64,000 bases of DNA from Escherichia phage phiWec172: sequence record LC739530.1. One strand, written 5' to 3'. A program made the position numbers and the translations under genes. Each line of letters starts with the position of its first letter. Within the stretch, counting starts at the first letter, position 1. Under the pieces are notes generated by a model. That model had not been told where the DNA came from. It saw only the letters and a list, made by a program, of their open reading frames with translations, and did not search any database. Positions 56,162 to 64,000 of the stretch are shown one piece after another.

Positions 56162-56400
56162 TACATTTTTCCTGCTCTTCTAAGTTCGTTGTAAGCAATT
56201 TCCTCTTTATACGACCTCTGAATTTCAAGAAATTGTCTCAATGATAATAAATCAGAGAATGTCATAGCAAAGAGTTGGTCAAGTGTTTCTTTACACCCTT
56301 CCATACCATAAATAGCAAGCACAAATTTCATCTCGTCTGCTTCTTCATAGGTTGCCTCTACAGCAGCATCAGTTAGTGGTGTCTGTAGAGTGTTACCCAT
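56161..56400 (-). CDS. Putative tail assembly chaperone (small)
   Basis: 79 aa directly upstream of tape measure. Confidence 0.3.
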
Positions 56401-56402
56401 GT

Positions 56403-56801
56403 TTACTGAGAAGTTAGGCTTTTGAAAATGCTTGCTTCGAAAAAACTTCCGAAGTTTGCCTCCAGCGCAAATGCTAAGTAATCAATAAACTCACCGTAGT
56501 TTGCTTGGAAGTATGTATCAATATTAAGTGGGAAGTCATCAACAGTTGCCCCTTGAAACAATAAGGTAGCCATTTCTTCAAGGTTGATTTCTTCAATTCT
56601 GTCAAAACAAGCTTCAACAAGTTCTTTAAATGGAACCATTGGAGCTTCTTTCTTATCTTTATCAGTCAGACTTGACAGCATCTGTGCAAAAGTTGGAACA
56701 ACAATTTTACCCAACTTCATAGACATCTTAATACCATCTCTTGCCCCAAGCAGAATGATATTTACTTTCTTGCCATTAATTACTCTAGATTCTGTTTTCA
56801 T
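56403..56801 (-). CDS. Putative tail assembly chaperone
   Basis: 132 aa between tube and tape measure genes. Confidence 0.35.
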   Translation of the reverse strand: MKTESRVINGKKVNIILLGARDGIKMSMKLGKIVVPTFAQMLSSLTDKDKKEAPMVPFKELVEACFDRIEEINLEEMATLLFQGATVDDFPLNIDTYFQANYGEFIDYLAFALEANFGSFFEASIFKSLTSQ

Positions 56802-56837
56802 TGTGATTCCTTAATACTTTTAAAAGAAACAAAAAAG

Positions 56838-56864
56838 GGGGAGACCTTTTAAAGTCTCCCCCTT
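56838..56864 (-). terminator. Strong intrinsic terminator after tail tube gene
   Basis: GGGGGAGAC-8nt-GTCTCCCCC (9-bp GC-rich stem) followed by T6 on minus strand. Confidence 0.65.
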
Positions 56865-56874
56865 ATAGGATTTA

Positions 56875-57321
56875 TTAAACACTTGACGCTGGAATTGTAG
56901 AAGTGTAGTCTAACTTCTCACAACCAAAAATCCAAGTTTTAGAGTTCTGGTCACGACCAAGTTCAATCTGTGGTAACTCCTGCAACCAAGCGTTAATACC
57001 AGTTGCCAGAACAGAGCCTGATGGGTCGTAGATTACGAAGTTAGAAGAGATATCTTCTTCAAGTTCCATATTGTCTTGTTTAGCTTGAATTGCAGAAAGC
57101 ATCTGGTTAGAGAGAGAAGTCTGCATTAACTCAATCTCAATAGTACCTGTCTTGTCTGCATTTCTTGTCAGAGCAACCTGACCACCCGCCCCAACAACTG
57201 GTGTCACAAGTGGTGATGTTCTCTGTAGACGCAAGAATGAGTCTGGAGCAAAGCCTTCAATAGCAATGCCGTTCCAGCTACATACAACGTCTTTAGGGGA
57301 ATATTGCTGATACATAGCCAT
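56875..57321 (-). CDS. Tail tube protein
   Basis: 148 aa immediately downstream of sheath gene; followed by strong terminator. Confidence 0.5.
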   Translation of the reverse strand: MAMYQQYSPKDVVCSWNGIAIEGFAPDSFLRLQRTSPLVTPVVGAGGQVALTRNADKTGTIEIELMQTSLSNQMLSAIQAKQDNMELEEDISSNFVIYDPSGSVLATGINAWLQELPQIELGRDQNSKTWIFGCEKLDYTSTIPASSV

Positions 57322-57336
57322 TCCAATTTACCTCTA

Positions 57337-58689
57337 TTATTCGTAAGCCACTGTACCTTTCAAGTCAACATCCAAGATAGCTCCTGCTAAGATACCTGAG
57401 AAGGTAACGTCTTTCAGGATACGTGCTTTCTTGTCTGCTAAAGCAACTTGAGAGGCTTTAGGAACATTAACTGTGTAAGATGACAGGAAGTTTCTGTTGA
57501 CTGCTCTTTGCAGAGAGGTTTCAATGACTTGACGAATACGGGTAATACCAGTATCATCATAAGTAATCTTACCACCCTTCTGATTAATTAGCAAGTCTCT
57601 CAGAGAAGTTTTCAGGTCTGATTCTAACCAGTCAACACCACGGATGATATCAATCCATTCCCCACCAGAAGTAATACCTCTACGAACCACTGGAACACCA
57701 CCATCAAGGTCAATAAAGTTACAGTGACGTGCATCTAAAGCTGACTTCTGAATACTTGTCAGAGGTCTCTTATTAGCTGGCTGTAGAGAAGCAGCTACAC
57801 CAGTTAGCTGAGCATTACCCCAAGCAATCGAGCCTGCATCATATGGAGCACCATAAGCAATGTATGCCATTTCTGGATAGTCTTCTGCTGCCGTGTGATG
57901 CCACAAGCAAACTGTGCGAGTATACATACCCTTAGCAAGCTGTGCTGGAACATCATTTGCACTGGCTAATTCTGTGCCTTGTAGGGCTGTTACATCAGAG
58001 TTAGCTGTAAAGAAAATCTTCTTACGGGATTGAATCTCAGAAGCCATTGCTAAGACAAACTGTTGAGTTCTATCTTCTGCTGCAATGAAATACCAGTCAG
58101 TAGAATAGGCTTCAATAGCTGCCAGAGCAGTTGATGCTGTATCGGCAGTTGTACTTGCAATATATACAGTCTTTGCTGTGGTTGTTACTTTCACAAAGTC
58201 ATTATCACCAGCTTTGGTAATAATCATTATGGCAGAGCCATTGCTACCAGTCACATTCACAGAAACCTTATTTTTGATTGTTGGGTCAGCTTCAATCTGT
58301 GTTTTAAACTGTTGCAAAACTTTCTCAGCAGTGTCTGATTTCAGTGCTGTGTACTGGTATGGTTGAGAAATTCCACCACCAACAGCAACAGTAATTGAGT
58401 AGTCTGTACTTTCGGTAACGGCATCAGGAATTGATACAGTGTACTGCATAGCACGTCTACCAATATAAAGCTGAGTTACTTTAGGAGTCTGACTCCAAAG
58501 TTGTTTAGCAGCCTTATATGCAGCAGACCTCTCATCGAAATCTTCAGCAACTTCAGTTAAGGAAGTGTAGCCACGGACTCTTTCTTCAAAGTTATCTGTT
58601 GAAGCTAAGAATAGTGGCAAACCAAAACCTTCTCTTGTAGTTCCTGCGGTGTTCAATGTAATATCTACATTAACAATTGGATTCCACAT
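57337..58689 (-). CDS. Tail sheath protein
   Basis: 450 aa; position upstream of tube; N-terminal sheath-like sequence. Confidence 0.6.
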   Translation of the reverse strand: MWNPIVNVDITLNTAGTTREGFGLPLFLASTDNFEERVRGYTSLTEVAEDFDERSAAYKAAKQLWSQTPKVTQLYIGRRAMQYTVSIPDAVTESTDYSITVAVGGGISQPYQYTALKSDTAEKVLQQFKTQIEADPTIKNKVSVNVTGSNGSAIMIITKAGDNDFVKVTTTAKTVYIASTTADTASTALAAIEAYSTDWYFIAAEDRTQQFVLAMASEIQSRKKIFFTANSDVTALQGTELASANDVPAQLAKGMYTRTVCLWHHTAAEDYPEMAYIAYGAPYDAGSIAWGNAQLTGVAASLQPANKRPLTSIQKSALDARHCNFIDLDGGVPVVRRGITSGGEWIDIIRGVDWLESDLKTSLRDLLINQKGGKITYDDTGITRIRQVIETSLQRAVNRNFLSSYTVNVPKASQVALADKKARILKDVTFSGILAGAILDVDLKGTVAYE

Positions 58690-59289
58690 TTATTTTACCC
58701 CTTTGGAGTCTACATCTAGATGGATAGTATATTCTGGTGGCTCTTGTCCTTCTTCGTAAACCAATTCACCATCAACAATGACACGCTCAATAATACTTCC
58801 ACGTTCATCTTTCAGGACTGAGTTTTTTACAAGAGTTACAACAAGAGGTGCAGAATTTTCGAAATCTGTATTAAGATAAGTATAGTCATTTGGGATAGCT
58901 CCAGTATCTAGAACTGTAGCTCCTGTCTCTTCAAGAATTAAATCTCTGACTGAACTCATCTCTAATCTTTGTTTAAGCTCAAGCATAATACTGTGAGCGC
59001 CTTTACCATTTACCGTAATTAATACTGGAATCTGAAAAGCAATTCTGTAGCAAACTACATCATTCTCAACAAACTTATCAAGAACCCAACCATAAGGTGT
59101 TGCAGCATCTTGACAATATACGGTAATAAATGGCTGGTCAGGTTTTAAACCTTTGTCATTTGAGTTATCAGAAGGGTAAGCTCTAATTACATTTGGTCTA
59201 TTATTTTTATCACGAGCTAGTCTGTGACCAATAACATCCACTAAGGTTCTAACTAGACCTTTTTCAAGTTCTGCTGTTTCTAACTGCAT
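58690..59289 (-). CDS. hypothetical neck/tail completion protein
   Basis: 199 aa between head and sheath genes. Confidence 0.3.
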   Translation of the reverse strand: MQLETAELEKGLVRTLVDVIGHRLARDKNNRPNVIRAYPSDNSNDKGLKPDQPFITVYCQDAATPYGWVLDKFVENDVVCYRIAFQIPVLITVNGKGAHSIMLELKQRLEMSSVRDLILEETGATVLDTGAIPNDYTYLNTDFENSAPLVVTLVKNSVLKDERGSIIERVIVDGELVYEEGQEPPEYTIHLDVDSKGVK

Positions 59290-59665
59290 TCATTTTATCC
59301 CTTCTAATAATGATATATTCATAATGGGACGTATGGGCTAATTGTTGTGACCAATCCATAGTCATAAATACTTCATACTCATGACCATCAATCATAACAA
59401 TATCAGACTCATTCCACTCTACATCATCTGAAGTTCTAAGTTTATATGTAGTATACAGGATTCTTGTATCGGTAAGCCTGATACCTTCCGGTAAAGCAAT
59501 CTGTGTACCATTCTTTACAGAACCTTTGATATATGGCTGGATATTACCTTTACAGTTAACCTCTACAATATCTTGTGAAGCTACCCAATCACCATCATCG
59601 TTATAATAACCGTCTTCAGAGACTTTACGCTTTACTACAAAGCTGTGTCTGTTTAAGAGTCTCAT
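59264..59665 (-). CDS. hypothetical neck protein
   Basis: 133-aa ORF. Confidence 0.3.
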   Translation of the reverse strand: MRLLNRHSFVVKRKVSEDGYYNDDGDWVASQDIVEVNCKGNIQPYIKGSVKNGTQIALPEGIRLTDTRILYTTYKLRTSDDVEWNESDIVMIDGHEYEVFMTMDWSQQLAHTSHYEYIIIRRDKMNAVRNSRT

Positions 59666-60144
59666 TTCTTAATACCCTTCTTAGTAGAAATTTTATAAGC
59701 AAGGTTGTCTCTTAAGTCACCTGTCTCAACAAGAGGTGCGTTAAAGCCTTTTTTCTTGACTGTGGAAGGTGCGTTAGGAGGGAGGATAGCAGAATTACCA
59801 AAGCCCCTTTTAATTGCCTTCTGAGCATTCTTTGCAAATGCTTCTAAGGTATTTGAAGGGTCTGTGTTGAGACTGCTAAGTTGCTTATATAGATTCTTCT
59901 TAGTCTGCTCTAACAAGGTCTGTTTGTTTAGCATCATAGTGATTTCAAACAACCTACGATATACTTTACCAGAAGCTGAAGGGACTCCAATAACTTCTTG
60001 TAAATACATTAAAGCAGGATAAGAAAAACCAGAGCTATGTTGACCTTGTTCTTGAAAATACCCAACTTGAGCATTAGCCGTTTGCAAGTTCTTCATAGCC
60101 CCGACTAATTTTGCTCTAGCGGGGTGAATAACCCTTTTAACCAT
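59662..60144 (-). CDS. hypothetical head-tail joining protein
   Basis: 160-aa ORF. Confidence 0.3.
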   Translation of the reverse strand: MVKRVIHPARAKLVGAMKNLQTANAQVGYFQEQGQHSSGFSYPALMYLQEVIGVPSASGKVYRRLFEITMMLNKQTLLEQTKKNLYKQLSSLNTDPSNTLEAFAKNAQKAIKRGFGNSAILPPNAPSTVKKKGFNAPLVETGDLRDNLAYKISTKKGIKK

Positions 60145-60593
60145 TATTCATCTCGCTCGATAATAAATACGCCATTAACACGGTTGCAGTAATCTCTGCC
60201 TTCGTATCTGGCAGCATCACCATATTCTGTGTATTTCTTGACAGAGCAAGGATTCTGACGACGCATGTCAATATCACACTGATTAATACCACCTGCATAG
60301 GGTAGTCCTGAAACAGAGCTTTTAACAAGGTCATCATAAACAGCTTTCAGAGATTTGAATCTGGAAGAGTTACGTAAATAAACACCACCAACCTTCTCAT
60401 CTCCCATCTTGGCTACTTGAAAGAGTAAATATTTAAGAGCTTTGATGGCTGCTTTCTTTTCATCCTTTCCAGATTCTAGATAGAACCACTCTAGCACAGA
60501 CTGCTCAATAAGAATTTCATCATTATTAGTGTCTGTGCAGAGGATTCTTACTCTATCAAGAGGGTTATTGGCTGGGTCGCCTGTATAACACAT
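60144..60593 (-). CDS. hypothetical head completion protein
   Basis: 149-aa ORF. Confidence 0.3.
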   Translation of the reverse strand: MCYTGDPANNPLDRVRILCTDTNNDEILIEQSVLEWFYLESGKDEKKAAIKALKYLLFQVAKMGDEKVGGVYLRNSSRFKSLKAVYDDLVKSSVSGLPYAGGINQCDIDMRRQNPCSVKKYTEYGDAARYEGRDYCNRVNGVFIIERDE

Positions 60594-60613
60594 TCATAAC
60601 CCCCTTAAGAATA

Positions 60614-61717
60614 TTAGCCTCTAGCGTCAGCGCGAACATCTACCAGCAACTGAGGACGAGTGCAGTATGGCAGCATGTAAGAGTGAGCTTCGAAGTCAAT
60701 ACCTTCGTCACGGTCTTTTTCGTATTCAAATACGTACAGTTCCTGACCAAGTGTATTTGCATAACCCATCTTAGGACATGGGCCATATGCCACTTCGAAG
60801 ATGTTGTTAGCTTCACCCAGCATAGATACGTTAGGGAAGGCATGACCAACACCAACAGTTGCTGCTACACCATCAATGCCCACCAGAGTGTGAACCTTAC
60901 CACGCTTGTCTTTGAACTTACCGTTGTACTGGACAAACTTAACACCACCGTAGTAGAAGGTGTTCATATGAGCCTGAACGCCGTCAGTACCACCAGTTCT
61001 CAGAGAACCAGTAATCTGTTGCCAAGCCAGCGGAGTCTGCTGTGCAAGATAGGCGTCACGAATCTTAGGGTGTTTAGTCAGCTTGCTGAAGAACACACGG
61101 TCAACAACTACGTGAATTTCTTCACCGTTGATTACAGTGCCAGTCTTAGCTTCGTCTTCCATGTGCATACGCAGTTCTTCAATAGAAGCGTCGATGTCAG
61201 CATTAGGGTTGTCAAGGTCGAAGTGGACAGTCTTCTTCTCAACGTCGAACTGCTTGTACAGGTCAGCGTACAGAGTACCACGAGCATCAACAACTTTACC
61301 CTTCAGAGCTTGCATAAACAGGAACTCACGAGTAATATCGAACTTGGTACGAATCTTCATCAGCTTCTTAGCACGTACTACAGCTTCAGTAGTCAGTTCG
61401 TTTGCAGTGCCTGGCTGACGTACACCCTGAATCTCATCAGGAGTAATGCTTTCAACTTCTTTGAAGTACATCATTGGGAAGCTGATTTGACGAACACGCT
61501 CAGGTGCGCTAGTCTCTGCTTTACGGCTATCACGGTCTACCGCATCAAGCAAGCTAACATCCCAATCAGTCAAGTCCATAAGGAAAGTGGTTTGGGTGAT
61601 TGGTGCTGAACGGAACAGACCTAAGTTGGAAATATACCCATAAGTATTTGGGATAGACTGGACTTCACCAGTCAGGTCAGCAAGGAAAAATCTGCTTTTT
61701 TCAGAATTAGTCAACAT
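60614..61717 (-). CDS. Major capsid protein
   Basis: 367 aa; locally higher GC / biased codon usage typical of a highly expressed gene; downstream of decoration and protease genes. Confidence 0.6.
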   Translation of the reverse strand: MLTNSEKSRFFLADLTGEVQSIPNTYGYISNLGLFRSAPITQTTFLMDLTDWDVSLLDAVDRDSRKAETSAPERVRQISFPMMYFKEVESITPDEIQGVRQPGTANELTTEAVVRAKKLMKIRTKFDITREFLFMQALKGKVVDARGTLYADLYKQFDVEKKTVHFDLDNPNADIDASIEELRMHMEDEAKTGTVINGEEIHVVVDRVFFSKLTKHPKIRDAYLAQQTPLAWQQITGSLRTGGTDGVQAHMNTFYYGGVKFVQYNGKFKDKRGKVHTLVGIDGVAATVGVGHAFPNVSMLGEANNIFEVAYGPCPKMGYANTLGQELYVFEYEKDRDEGIDFEAHSYMLPYCTRPQLLVDVRADARG

Positions 61718-61750
61718 TGTAAAATTCTCCAGAATGTCTTATTATTGTTA

Positions 61751-62128
61751 TTACAGGCCAGTTGGTACGAAATCAATACCTTTAGCAGCCAGAGCTTTCT
61801 TGACTTCAGCAGCATTAACGCTTGATTCAAGAGTCAGCAGGTCTTTTAGTTCTGCATCACGGTGGATACCTACCACTTTCAACTGACCATGATAAGACAG
61901 TTGCAGGTCTGCGTAGAAATTAACGATACATACAGAATCTGCTTGTGCTTCTTCTCCAGCTTGTACCTTAGTACCATCTGCTTTCAGAACTTCACCTACA
62001 CGGTATTCTGTTGAAGCAACTGGAGTGTACTCTTTACGAGAGTGGCCTGTTGGGGTAATCTGTTCCCAAAGAATGATATCATTCAGAGGTTCTCTTTTAC
62101 CTAACTTAGTAAAACCTTGATATGCCAT
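61751..62128 (-). CDS. Head decoration protein (gpD-like)
   Basis: 125 aa between protease/scaffold and major capsid. Confidence 0.45.
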   Translation of the reverse strand: MAYQGFTKLGKREPLNDIILWEQITPTGHSRKEYTPVASTEYRVGEVLKADGTKVQAGEEAQADSVCIVNFYADLQLSYHGQLKVVGIHRDAELKDLLTLESSVNAAEVKKALAAKGIDFVPTGL

Positions 62129-62139
62129 TATTGTGTTCC

Positions 62140-63486
62140 TTATTTAATAAGAGATTTTAGAGCATTCTGGAGAGCCAGTTTGCGTTGTTCAGCGGTGTCT
62201 TCGGAAGCATTTTTAGCTGGTTCTTTTTCTTCTTCAACCAAATCAGCTTCGCCGTCATTACCCACTTCTTCCATAGCGTTGGAATGTTCAAGAACAGCAC
62301 CAGCAGTTTCTTTCAGCTTGGTAATTTCTGATTCTTTTTCTTCCATTGCAGAAGCATGGGACGCGATAGTTTCATTAAGTTTCTGGTTAGCACCTTCCAT
62401 AGCATTCATAAACAGAACACTCAGAGGGTTATCAAGACCAGCACCTAAAATAGTCGTTGCAGCTTCTTTTGCATCAAACCCAAAAACTTCAGCAGAAGCA
62501 GAAATCTTATTAGTCAAATCTGACAAAGCAGCTTCCTGTTCTTTAGCTTTCATTTGAGCAACCTGAAGACGCAAAGCTTCTAGTTCTTGCTTTTCTTGTT
62601 CAGTCATTTCTTCACCTGAATTGTTAACGTTTAAACTTACAGGAGCCTCTTCAGAACCTTGTAAGTAATTTAAGAAATCATCTTGAGACATGATTGAGTT
62701 AATTAAACCAAGTTCAAGAGCTTCCTGAGCAGAATAAACATTCGCCTCAGTATTCTTTACAGCTTCTTCAGAGAGATTACGAGATTCGGCTACAAAACCT
62801 GTAAAGGTTGCGTAGGTATCATTAATTCTCTTTTGAAGTCTTTCTTTGCTTTCTTCTGAAAGTGCTTGGAATGGTGAACCCATACCTTTAAACTCACCAG
62901 CTTTGATGACGTTAATTGTTACGCCATTCTTTTCAAACGCCTTAGTTAATTCCTGATGAACCATAATTACACCAATAGAACCAACATCTGCATCTGGTGA
63001 TGCAATAATTTCTTCAGCAGAAGATGCAAGAGCGTATGCAGCGGAACAAGCGAACTCATCTACATAAGCAATAATTTTCTTTTGGCCTCTTGAAGCCATA
63101 ATGTGACGTGCTAATTCAAAGCAACCTGAAGCTTCACCACCACCAGAATCAATATGCAGAACGATAGTCTTGATTGACTCATCTGCTAAAGCTTCGTCAA
63201 AGCCTCTACGTAAACCTTCATAAGAGCTTAAACCACCTGTACACATTGCATCAATGAATGTCATACGATGAGTTAAACCACCCATAATAGGGATAATAGC
63301 AATGTCATCTCTTACTTTTAAAAGACTTCTTGCGTCACCTTTGGGTTTATCAAAGTTTACTGCTGCTTGGACATCACCCAGTAATCTGTTATTTACATAA
63401 GTTGCTGCTGAGTGAGCTAATGATTCAGTGGCTAGTAAAGGTTGGTTGAATAATCTATCAGCAAGTCTGAAGATATTCGAACTCAT
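62140..63486 (-). CDS. Prohead protease (S49/ClpP-like) fused to scaffold-like coiled-coil domain
   Basis: Protease core IVLHIDSGGGEASG ... FACSAAYALAS; C-terminal charged Ala/Glu/Lys-rich coiled coil. Confidence 0.6.
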   Translation of the reverse strand: MSSNIFRLADRLFNQPLLATESLAHSAATYVNNRLLGDVQAAVNFDKPKGDARSLLKVRDDIAIIPIMGGLTHRMTFIDAMCTGGLSSYEGLRRGFDEALADESIKTIVLHIDSGGGEASGCFELARHIMASRGQKKIIAYVDEFACSAAYALASSAEEIIASPDADVGSIGVIMVHQELTKAFEKNGVTINVIKAGEFKGMGSPFQALSEESKERLQKRINDTYATFTGFVAESRNLSEEAVKNTEANVYSAQEALELGLINSIMSQDDFLNYLQGSEEAPVSLNVNNSGEEMTEQEKQELEALRLQVAQMKAKEQEAALSDLTNKISASAEVFGFDAKEAATTILGAGLDNPLSVLFMNAMEGANQKLNETIASHASAMEEKESEITKLKETAGAVLEHSNAMEEVGNDGEADLVEEEKEPAKNASEDTAEQRKLALQNALKSLIK

Positions 63487-63497
63487 TTTTACTCACC

Positions 63498-63830
63498 CTA
63501 TTTGTTTAAATCTACAGAGACTGAAGAGATAACATAGATACCTTCTTCAGCAAAGAATTGAGGTTTGCTAAGAGCACCAGTTGCCACGCATTTATCGTTA
63601 GCATCCCACAAGCTATAGTGTGAGACCGTTGCAGAAGCTGGGACAGTAATGTTAACTGTGTCTTCTGAGGCAATTAAGCCATTATCCGGTTCAGAAAAAT
63701 AAATAGCCACTGGCTGAGTAACCTTATTTGCTGTAGGGTCTGCCGTTGGGTCTACATTGTGTAAAATAATAGTCTTTGGGGTTAGCGTGGCGAGGATTTT
63801 GTTCTTACCATCAATAGTTAATGTTCCCAT
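63498..63830 (-). CDS. hypothetical head protein
   Basis: 110-aa ORF. Confidence 0.35.
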   Translation of the reverse strand: MGTLTIDGKNKILATLTPKTIILHNVDPTADPTANKVTQPVAIYFSEPDNGLIASEDTVNITVPASATVSHYSLWDANDKCVATGALSKPQFFAEEGIYVISSVSVDLNK

Positions 63831-63844
63831 TAATTAAACCTTAC

Positions 63845-64000
63845 TTTTTGTTTAAGGACTGTTGAATGGTTACCAGATTCATCTACCACATTTACAATCA
63901 TATCATATACTTTACCTTTGACAAGTACTTTGTAATCATTTTGTGAAAAAATGTACTCAAGTCTGTTTGTTTCTTTATTAACTGTCATTGGAGATTGAAA
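63845..64000 (-). CDS. Partial CDS (C-terminal end), continues beyond window; possibly portal or other head protein
   Basis: Open minus-strand frame running off the window edge. Confidence 0.3.

Overview
This window looks like a large slice of a lytic, Felix-O1-like myovirus genome (about 39-40% GC, no rRNA/tRNA/CRISPR seen); the family assignment is from memory of gene content, not a search. Three strand blocks: (i) 48..34396 on the minus strand, an early/DNA-metabolism block with many small unknown ORFs separated by repeated hairpin-plus-leader cassettes, a macro-domain protein, a candidate spanin pair, rIIA/rIIB, NadV and Prs (NAD salvage), class III RNR (nrdD split by an intron, nrdG), NrdH, class I RNR (nrdB, nrdA), flap endonuclease, putative SSB, primase-helicase and dNMP kinase; (ii) 34655..43689 on the plus strand, with a family-A DNA polymerase split by an ORF-less group I intron, ATP-dependent DNA ligase, DHFR and thymidylate synthase; (iii) 43734..64000 on the minus strand, a contractile-tail structural module (two tail fibers, baseplate, tape measure, tube, sheath, neck, major capsid, decoration, protease/scaffold). 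The most notable features are two group I introns (DNA polymerase motif B; nrdD, carrying an HNH endonuclease), four homing-endonuclease genes of three types, a NadV-HEG-Prs NAD+ salvage cluster plus a macro-domain protein (possible anti-defence functions), UUCG-tetraloop terminators, and a roughly 400-bp repeat-rich non-coding region. CDS coordinates come from the supplied ORF track; coordinates of non-coding elements were counted by hand and may be off by 1-2 nt. All homology calls are from reading the translations, with no database search.
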